This document shows, piece by piece, positions 23,833-32,847 of a stretch of 32,847 bases of DNA. The notes beneath the pieces were generated by a model. It ran no database searches and had not been told where the DNA came from. It saw nothing but the letters and a program-made list of their open reading frames with translations. Position 1 is the stretch's first letter, and every line of letters starts with the position of its first letter. The DNA is taken from positions 1 to 32,847 of the forward strand of contig MCFE01000828.1 of NCBI GenBank assembly GCA_002104905.1. Direction: 5' to 3'. Made by a program: the position numbers and the translations under genes. Source of the stretch: Basidiobolus meristosporus CBS 931.73. Its lineage: Eukaryota; Fungi; Basidiobolomycota.

Positions 23833-24767
23833 GCATTCACATCAGAGAAGGCCACTATATAAAGGTGTCTAAGCTATCTGGAATACATTGCCATGGAAGG
23901 AAAGCCTGGCTCTTATTCTAGGGACACTCCAGTAGTGGCAGAGCTCAACAGTGACTTGATCAATCACAATTCTTCTGATCTGATACAGAGAAGTTAAATA
24001 TCTCCGGATTTTGCTAAATTTGTATAATGCATTCTCCCACTGTTTTGAGACTTAAACAGAGTGATAGCACATCTGACTGCTCCATATTTAGCTCCTGCTA
24101 CACTGGTTTCAGTATCAAAACACTTGATACAATTATAGTATTCTTCCAATAGATTGTGTAGTCATATCTGTACTCCAGGTGGATATATATGTATTATATA
24201 TCATTGGGATCCTTACAATTCAGTGAGCTTGTTTCTGAGATCTTTTCCCATTAAAAAGTAGTCTAAAATGGCAGTTAACAGCTCCAGTATTTGCATTCTC
24301 AGCCTGATTTTGAGCGGCAACAGATTTGGTAAAATCTTCCTCCAGCAATCATTCTATGATGATCTATTTTTTTTTGCAATTCAGGATAATATCCTATCCA
24401 AAAGCTGGTCTAACAGTCGATTTGAGGTCATACAAGTATATATAGCAATATACTTCATTGTAGATCTGGACCCTAAATTGCTGGAATTATGCAATTTTCT
24501 TCAGCAGTGGTAGAGCACCAATATACTATTCTTGACATATTTACATGTCAACTTGGTAGACTTGCCTTCATAAGCAGCTTGAGTAGTAACTGAACAAGTC
24601 TTTTGAAGGAATGGCCTTCTTCTCCACAGCAATATCCTCATGAACATAGTCCTTGTAGCAGCGGCAGTCATCTTTAACTTTGGCAGGGCAATAGTGCGGA
24701 GAGTCTTTCTCCAGACTAGCAGAAAAGAATTCAAGGCAAAGTAGACACCAAGAAGACAGCAAGCTTG
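23833..24767 (-). pseudogene. Degenerate Copia-like internal sequence behind a second family C 5' LTR
   Basis: Lies downstream of LTR and PBS. Weak gag-like fragments (RKLHNS, NRLLDQLL, DIILN, LLEEDF); the rest is not confidently assignable. Confidence 0.4.
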
Positions 24768-24779
24768 GGGCTCATAACC
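24768..24779 (-). promoter_or_regulatory. Half-tRNA(iMet) primer-binding site GGTTATGAGCCC
   Basis: Abuts the LTR end (TGCAACA) and is the exact complement of GGGCUCAUAACC in the anticodon arm of yeast tRNAiMet, as used by Ty5. Confidence 0.85.
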
Positions 24780-25128
24780 TGTTGCAATATTCTGAGGAGT
24801 ATTGGAAGTGATGTTGAAAGCTAGAGGATTTACATTTTATACTCTTGTAGATTTATTGATCAAAAGTATGGTATTTATACTTTTGATAAAGTAGAGCAGA
24901 CAAATGTGTAGAGCTTGTCAAGGAAGGTCCCAAGAATATGTGTGCAAAGTTTGGGGTCTTTTAGATGACTTTGAGCAAAATAATCATCTGGGTACCTGAC
25001 AACTTGTTGAAAATATTCTAAGTAAATCCCAACAAGAAATCTGGTCAGCACAGAATGCTAATCACAGTATAAGATCTATGTGGATACATTAGCATGAATA
25101 TTTAGGTGACAACTCAATAATTTCAACA
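24780..25128 (-). repeat. Copia family C 5' LTR of a second, truncated element
   Basis: 349 bp, TGTTG...CAACA termini, conserved CTGGGTACCTGA core, PBS adjacent. Confidence 0.8.
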
Positions 25129-25339
25129 GTTCAGGGTATCCCAATTCAATTTTGCAACTTTCACAGGTTTTGCTGCAATGCAATTGTTTATATCAGCTGG
25201 ATACATAGCTAATAAAAATAGGGCACATGGTTGTACCAAATATATTAATAATATTTAATATTTATGCTTCTCCATACTTTATGCACATCTCACATATAAA
25301 AAAAGAATGCATATTTGTAATGCTAATAGTATAATTATT

Positions 25340-25708
25340 TGGTATGATCTGCTGCTTGAATGTTTAAGTTAGATCAGTTTTTAGTCAATTCAGTTAGTTG
25401 TATGTTTAGGTTATCAGTATATCAGTATTATTTATCAAATCAGTAGCATTAGTCAGCAAATGAATCAGTAGATCCTTATCAGACAGAAATAGATATATTA
25501 GGTAGGATCTTATTGGGTGATGATGATGCAATCAAATGAGTCATCAGCCACACCCTACATTAGGAAATACAATTAGTCAGCAATTGATCTGGCAAAATGT
25601 ATATAAGGAGCTGCTGAAACCTCAATAAAAATCTGCTCAAGAGTTAGTGAGTACAATACTAGCTAAACTCCCTATTCCTCTACAACTTTTATACCAAGAC
25701 TTGTAACA
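25340..25708 (+). repeat. Solo LTR of the Ty3 family; TSD TATT
   Basis: 369 bp, reverse complement of 16317-16684 (left terminus mutated to TGGTA). TATT at 25336-25339 and 25709-25712. No PBS or PPT alongside. Confidence 0.95.
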
Positions 25709-26041
25709 TATTACTACAAAGTAGTTGAAACTAGATATTTAAAGACTATTTCTCAGGTTAGAGTTAAGGGTGTAGTATGTAATGTTCTAAGAAAAACTGC
25801 TATAGATTATTCTGGTACTAAAGAAGGTCACTATGTTACTGTAACTGTACCTAACATGGGTTCCTCAAAAATGAGCAGCTTACTGTAACTGGTAATGATT
25901 TGACTGAGACACATCTTGATAAGTGGCCATCTAAATAATAGCAACATTAAAATAAAGTACTAACCAAATGCTTTTTTAGTTAGGTATTCGTAAAATGTTT
26001 ATATATGTATTGGGTGAATTACAAGGGCTATAAATTTTTTG

Positions 26042-26787
26042 TTAATAATAGATTTCCTTGGTATTTCCATCCACCAATACATGCCTTTTGGTATATTGAC
26101 CCAAAACTGTTTTTTCAACTATTTTATCATGTATGTACATATTTCATTGGGTTTTTTGTACACCACTAGTTATCATTGTATTTACATTAAGTTTTTCTGG
26201 TTTGTATAACAGTTCAACAATACTGTTATACAGCTTTTCTTTATTTTTATGCACACCTTTTGCATAGATGTTTACTCCATCCTTTTTGTCTTGGATCCAT
26301 ATAGCTTACATGATACAAAAATACCCTCTGTTATATAATCATATTTTGCAAGTAGTTGCCCAAGTTTATCTCCTAGTAGTTCTTTTAGCTCCACAACACT
26401 CTCTAGTTTCAAATCTGTAATAATAGAATCTGTATCTATGTAGCTAATTTTTCCTTCCTGATTTCCTATGCATAACATAAGCTTATGCAAATGTACTCTA
26501 CCATACAATGTAATAGCTGCAACTACAGCTACATTTACATCATCTAGTATCCATCCACATTTTCATGGGATACCATGGTGTATTTGTACTGGTTGTATGT
26601 TGCTTTTCCACCATATTCTAAGGTAGTAACAAGTTGTAACATGTGTGACCCATTTATCTTAGTCACAGAACGGTGATACTTATTGTACCCAAAAAACCCA
26701 TAACTGGAATTGGCAGTTATTTTGAGTATGTATTCTGCAGCATGTTATCTGCATTTTTAGCTTGTGCTTCATTGTTATACATGGATT
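26042..26787 (-). pseudogene. Family B DNA polymerase, protein-primed type, C-terminal half (frameshifted)
   Basis: Motif B KITANSSYGFFG (26688-26723); AAITLYGRVHL; motif C YIDTDSI (YIDTDS at 26425-26442); LGQL...EGIFVSCKLYG; YAKGV; terminal YTKRHVLVDGNTKEI then TAA at 26042-26044. Confidence 0.88.
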
Positions 26788-29700
26788 TGTTACCAGTCTT
26801 GGTCTAAGAGTAGTAGAGGAATAGGGATTTTAGCTAGTATTGTATTCACTAAAGCTCAAACTGATTTTTATTGAGGTTCCAATAGCTCCGTATAGACATT
26901 TTGCCAGATTGATTGCTGACCAATTGTATATCCTATTGCATGTTGTGACTGATGACTCATTTGATTGCATCATTGTTACTCAAAAAAATCCTAACTAATG
27001 TATCTATTTCTGTCTGATAAGGATCTGCTGATTCATATGCTGACTAATGCTACTGATTTGATAGATAACACTGATATACTGATAGGCTATAAATATAGCT
27101 AATTGATTTGACTAAAAGCTGATCTAACCTGAACATTGAAGCAGTAGATCATAACATTCTCCCCTAATAAAGTTGAGAGGGTTCTCCTGAATCTCTTTTC
27201 TTGTGAAACCAATATCTTGATGGCTCAGTATTGTTGGCAAGTCTTGCAAGCTTGAGTTGGTCTCTATGAACTAAATCTTCCCAGATATTCCCTTGTTTGT
27301 CTACTAGTTGGTAAGTTGCAAACAGATATTCTCTGATGATCTTCAAAGGTCCCATCCATTGTGGCTCAAACTTCTTCCAAGTGTTGTTTCTCAGCAGTAC
27401 AAAGTTCCTAACTGACAATGCTTCTGGAGATATAGTCTTATCAAGTCTCTGCTTCATCTTTTCTGCACTTTGAGGTACTCTGGCCTGTGCCTCTTGATAT
27501 CTGTGTTCCAGCTTCTGGTGTCTACTTGGCTGACCGCGCTCATCTTCTAAGGTGCTTGCAAACTCTGGTTGTGCTAGATCTCCTCAAATCCTTGGTTCAC
27601 ATCCATACACTGAGTAAAATGGCAATTGTTGGGTGATGTTGGGCACTCTAACTCCGCATTCAAAAAAGGGCTTGATTTATATACTTGTCCCATCTACTAC
27701 AGTTCTGTATGCATACTTGGTTAGCTTTTTTCCAAATTATCAATTAAACTGCTTGGTGGCTTCATTAGTTCTAGAGTGATATGCCAAGGTTTCTGAGTGA
27801 TTGATCTGCTGCATTTCCAGGTAAGCTTCCAATATCTTTGCCATAAAGTTTGCTCCTCTATTTGTTAAAATCTCTACAGGGCATCTAAATTTCATATGGA
27901 TCTCTTGTAGATGAAACTTGCAGCTTCTTATTCACTGACTACAGGCACAGCATTAGCTACTAGCTATTTAGTGGCAAGGTTAATTGCTACTAGGATCCAA
28001 CAGTTGCATTTTGTGGTGGTTGGCAGTCTTCCAATAAAGTCAATTCCTCATGTTTCAAATGGTGTCACAGGCTCTAACAGAAAGAGTTTGGCAATTCTCT
28101 GTGGTTGGCCTTGGTTGATTTGGCAACTTCAGCATGTTTTCACTGGCTTCTCAATGTCTTGATTCATTCTAGGCCACCATGCTCTGGCTTTCACAAGGCT
28201 ATAGGTTCCTTCAATTCCAAGATGTCCATATCCATTATGTAGCTTATATAATAAGTCCAGGTATGCAACACAAGGGCAATAGGCAATACGGCTTCCATCA
28301 ACAATATAGTAGAGTGTTTCATTTTGTACCACAAAGTTGCTGGCTTCATCCTGGATTATCTTCTTGATATCTTCATCTACCTCATTAGGAAATGCTTGGT
28401 CCTCCAAGTACTTTGGTAATAAGCTAGGTCAATCTGATTCATGCACTAAGCTGAGTTGAGCAACTTGTTCTAATCTTGATAAGGCATCAGCAACCATGTT
28501 GCTTTTCCCAGGGCAGTGGATAATCTTCAAATCAAATTGCTGAATGTATTCACTCCTTCCTGTCATTCTTCTGAGGAGTACCTTCTGAGTAAATACATAC
28601 TGAGCAAGGCATGATCAGTCTTCACAGTGCACTTGACTCCTTTGATGTAGCATCTCCAGGTCTTCAAGCAGTGTATAATGACAAACATCTCCTTCTCATG
28701 CACTGGACAGTTCTGTTCCACTGAGTTCAGATTCCTTGACTCAAAGGCAACTGGGTAGTCCTTTCCTTCATGCTCTTAGGCTAGTTCTTGACCAATTGCA
28801 TAGTCTGAAGTATCTGTGCACAGAGTTACCTCTATTCTGAAGTCAGGGATTCTTAAGCTTGGCAGCTTAGCAAGCCCATTCTTGAGCATCTGAGAGGCAG
28901 TCTCACAGGCTGTGTCCCACTTCATGGTATTGTTGTTCTTGAGAGTATCAGTTAAAGGGGCTGCAATACTTACAAAGAACTTGACAAATCTCCAATAATA
29001 GGAAACCATTCCAAGGATGATCTGAGTCCTTATATGCTATGGGGCTGCTTCCAATTCTTAATGATTTCCACCTTCTTGGGTCTAAGGTCACTCCTGTGCT
29101 AGTCACTATATGTCCCTGACTTTCAACATGTTCCTTCAAGAATTCACACTTTGCTAGCTTACTTACTTACTTGCTGTACATCAATATATCATCTAGGTAG
29201 ATTACAACAAACTTGTCCAAGTACTCCTGGAAGACATTCTGCATCAGGGTCATGAATGTTGCAGGGGCATTGGTAAGGCCAAAACTCATGACTAAGTACT
29301 TGTAATGTCCATATCTGGTGTGGGGGAATCATAGGGATGATACTGGGGGACTTTGGGTAGGACTCTGGGGAGAATGCTTGGGTGAAGAGTGGGTACTACA
29401 TTTAGTACTCACAGTAGGCTTACAAGATCATCGGTAAATACGTCTGAATATTTCTTCAAAAGAGTCTGGACCTTCTGGGGTGCTGGAGTAGAGAAATCCT
29501 CCTGTAATACTGCCATGAGGAACCTCTGGGTGCCTTTTCTAAGTGCTCTACAGAACTGTGTCTTGCTAAGTTCACTTATTTCACACATACCAGAATTGAC
29601 CAAGTTGAAATCCAATCTGGCAGCTAATATCTCATTGGTATTGCGGTTCTACTGGATCTAAGTGACATGGGTTCTCCACTTGATTGATAGGTTACAACAA

Positions 29701-31588
29701 AATAGCCAGGTTTTTCCAAGTACAAGGTCAAACATGCAGTTCCCAAAAATATATAGACCTGTAGGTCTTCTTCATAGTCATTGATCTTCATTCTTACTGG
29801 CTTAGTAATACGGTTGATTATCTGAGAGTTCCCATCAGCTGTTGAGACTGAAGTTGATCTGGTGGGTTCTGAGCTGATTCCAGCTTTCCAAGCAAACTTC
29901 TCTGACATGTACTCATGCAATGCTCCTGAGTTAATGATGATCTTGACAGGTAATCCATTGATTACTCCATTCAAGTATAATAGCTTTTTTGAGTATGAGG
30001 TCATCTGGGATAGGTGTTCTTCTGTCATATGGAAGGTAGGTTTGCAGTCTTCTTTGAGTTCATCTTCAATGTTACTATGCTCAAGGGCTTTAATATGGTT
30101 GAAGATCCTTAATGGCTGGTATCCATTTATTCTTTGAGGACAGTACTTTGCAATATGTCCCTGCTGGTGGCAAATAAAGTAAAGTCCTTTCTTCTTACAT
30201 TCTTTTGAGGTGTAATTCTTCTGCATAGCGTCTATTCCCATTGGCACTGCTTCTGGTTGTCTTCTTTCATATTGATTGTAGCCTCTGTGATTAGTCATTG
30301 TGGGCTTCCCAACTTGTAACATAGCCAAGTCATAGTCAATGGCAATCTTAATGACTTCATCAATAGTCTGAGGTCTTTGATAATTCACTTCCTTACAAGT
30401 TCTTTCTTTCAGCCCATCAATAAAGTATTCAACCTGATCCAGGGGGTTCACTCATTCAATTTGTCCATATACACATCTATATTCATAGATGTACTCTTGG
30501 ACCATTCCTTTCTGTCTGAGTGTCTTCAGCTTTCTTCTTAGTAGTGTCTGCTGGTGTGGGGGTTCAAAGGATCCAGAATTTTCAACACAAACTCATCCCA
30601 GGTAAAGACCATAGAGCATCCCATTATGGTGGCTGACCTGCTCCTATTGTGGTACCACTGTAGAGTTGCATCTGCCAGGTAAGATGCTGCATATTGTAAC
30701 TTGCTTTCTGGAGCAATCCCTTAGCCTAGAAAGCTTCTTCAATCCAGAAGAGCCAAGTTCCCAGGTTTTCATTGACTCTACCATGGTACTGGTTGACATA
30801 CACACTAAAGTTGCACTTGACAGGGTTTTGCTGGTTTGGCACCATGGTAGTCATTTGTTGTTGCTGCTGGCTAAGGATCTGGTGTAACTGTTGCTGTTAG
30901 GCCAGGATATGCCGCAAAGCATTCTTTCATTCTTGATTTTCTGACATCTTGGGAAAGGCTTCTTATTCTTCAGGAGGGAGGTTTCTGGTTATTGCTGCTA
31001 TCAAGGTTACATGTCCTAGTATAAGAGTTGTAGAGGAACAGGGAGCTTAGCTAGTACTGTATTCACCAAATCTTGAACTGATTTTTATTGAGTTTCCAGC
31101 AGCTCCTTATATACATTTTGCTAGATTGATTGCTGACTAATTAGAATTTCCTATTGTAGGTTGTGGCTGATAACTCATTTGATTGCATAGTTATCACCCA
31201 ATAGGATCCTACTTAACATTTCTATTTCTGTCTCATAAAGATCTGCTGATTCATTTGCTGACTAATACTACTGATCCAATAGATAATGGACTTGTTCCAT
31301 CATTCCAGCTGATCATAGTGCCCAATAGTGCCATAGCATGCCAGATGGTCCCTGATCATACCACAGAGTGCCAGATGGTGCCATACAGTGCCAATTTGGG
31401 ATCAAAATTGACATGCATATGACCCTAAAATATCAAATTAATAACAAAATATACAGCACTTTCTGGCACTATGATCAATGGCACAATGGAACAAGTCTTA
31501 TGCTGATATACTAATAGGCTAAACATATAACTAATTAACTTGACTAAAAGCGGATCTAGCTTAAACATTCAAGTGGAAGATTATAACA
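26788..31588 (-). mobile_element. Third, more decayed Ty3 copy inserted in the DNA polymerase gene
   Basis: 3' LTR 26788-27156, PPT, decayed gag-pol 27164-30947, degenerate PBS 30993-31003, 5' LTR 31005-31588 with an insert. Flanks GATT (26784-26787) and GATG (31589-31592) form a 4-bp TSD with one mismatch. Two RT deletions carry filler DNA. Confidence 0.93.
31289..31497. mobile_element. MITE-like insertion (209 bp) inside the 5' LTR of the third Ty3 copy
   Basis: Absent from all other LTR copies. Perfect 12-bp TIR GACTTGTTCCAT / ATGGAACAAGTC extends imperfectly to about 34 bp. Internal GTGCCA-type repeats about every 10 bp. Flanks TAATG / TTATG. Confidence 0.85.
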
Positions 31589-31592
31589 GATG

Positions 31593-31930
31593 TAAAAAGT
31601 TCTTCCCTATGTTGCCAATTCAAATTCATATTCTTCTATTAATACATAGCTCCAACCCTCTGTAATACCATATTTTATTTCTTCATAAAACGGTACTATA
31701 GGTTCTGACTTTGAATTGAGCTTTGGAAATATGTATTTTCCTTGGGTCATCACGTCATGGATTTGCTTTCCAGGATCACAATGTTTTATACCCACTTTAT
31801 AAAACCTGGATGCAACTCTAAAATTTTTGTATGTCACATATTTGTAGAAGATTTCATGCCATATAAGTTTCTTGAATGGTAAAAGAAGACTTTCTGCATT
31901 AGGATATATTTGTTAAGTAACTTTTTAGCT
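31593..31930 (-). pseudogene. Upstream part of the same family B DNA polymerase (motif A region onward)
   Basis: AT-rich and lies directly across the TSD; the rejoined sequence reads EELFTSMYNNEAQAKNAD just before motif B. IYPNA (~31895-31910) may be a decayed SLYP motif A. Includes ORF 31607-31837. Confidence 0.6.
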
Positions 31931-32847
31931 GCTAAATGATACCAAATAGTTCAATATTTCAGCATACCTTGGTCAGATAACCAATCCAATACCAAATAGC
32001 CCAGCTTTTCAACACAATATGCCATACTACTGCATTGCCATTTGTGCAACCCTTTAGCAATCACACTATGGCTTTATGTCAATGGTCATATACTGGCCCC
32101 TATCTTTCCTGGTCCTTAGCTGGATCTGCATACTTTAACCCCCATCTGCCAGTCTTTACAAGCAGTCCTTGTAATGCTCAATTGTGTTTCTTCTGCACTG
32201 CTCCTGAAGTAGTGGTGCTTATTGAAACTAAATATCCACTGTATGCATTGCAATTCTTTTCTGAGCTCTTAATAGCATTACTTTGCTGTCAATAGACTCT
32301 CTACTGTGCCTACAATAGAAGATGTGGAGGCAGCAGTAGACAAAGTGCTTGTCTCTGTACACTCATCTATGGTATTACAGCATAGCACAGCTGGCTGCAT
32401 GCTATACACAAAAGAAAATAGCTGTTGGAGAGATTCTGGTTAGGGTTTATCAGCTTTGCCTGCAATAGGTCTTGAGGAAGGCACTATCTCTTAGCTGTGG
32501 CACTCTTGCTCTTCTGCCTTGAGATTCTCTGCTAATCAGGAGTAACATTCTCAAGTAGTCAGTGCTGGTCCAAGATTTGTTTGCATTATTTGAGTCCAGG
32601 ATAATAGACCTGCTGTGCTCAATGGTAGCCCATGGGAGCCAGACAGTTTGTAGGGCCAAATTGATCTGTCACAATATGCCACCATCTGGCACTGTAGTTT
32701 CTACTATGATGCAAGTGGTAGGAAAGAGTTACTGGTAATATTATGCAATCTTACTTGTGCTGCTAAGAATAATGCTTGTCTTGCTTTGTATATTCTGTTT
32801 AGACCTTCTGCTAGAATGTTCAAGTTACATTAGGTTTAATCAAATCA

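Noticed and set aside
23900-24300. AITLFKSQ resembling Pif1/Helitron helicase motif AxTIHKSQG
   Set aside because: Other helicase motifs are absent and the region lies behind a Copia LTR and PBS; chance similarity is more likely.
25709-25890. Short plus-strand open stretch converging on the DNA polymerase, a possible Polinton accessory gene
   Set aside because: About 58 codons, closed by stops just across the solo-LTR junction, and no recognisable motif.
1-32847. CRISPR arrays, rRNA or tRNA genes, host protein-coding genes
   Set aside because: None seen; the long repeats are LTRs and the tRNA matches are only 11-12-nt primer sites.

Overview
Eukaryotic, gene-free window made almost entirely of nested, mostly decayed transposons; the host is not identifiable, though the primer-binding sites fit a fungal-type initiator tRNA. 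One Ty3/Gypsy family dominates (about 4.9 kb, 368-bp LTRs, single gag-pol ORF, 4-bp target-site duplications). It has one very young copy with an unbroken 1377-aa ORF (11747-16684, LTRs differ at 1 base) inserted inside the 3' LTR of an older copy (11554-21425), a third older copy (26788-31588), a pol fragment at the window start and a solo LTR. These sit in or beside decayed Ty1/Copia elements of two families. The third Ty3 copy interrupts a decayed protein-primed-type family B DNA polymerase gene (Polinton/Maverick, virus or linear-plasmid origin). Also present are a PIF/Harbinger/ISL2EU-like transposase fragment and a 209-bp MITE. Main leads: (1) the DNA polymerase relic; (2) the only open Ty3 copy has Asn at the protease catalytic Asp; (3) the three decayed Ty3 copies share an identical frameshift, pointing to a defective lineage amplified in trans. 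All alignments and counts were done by eye; no searches were run.
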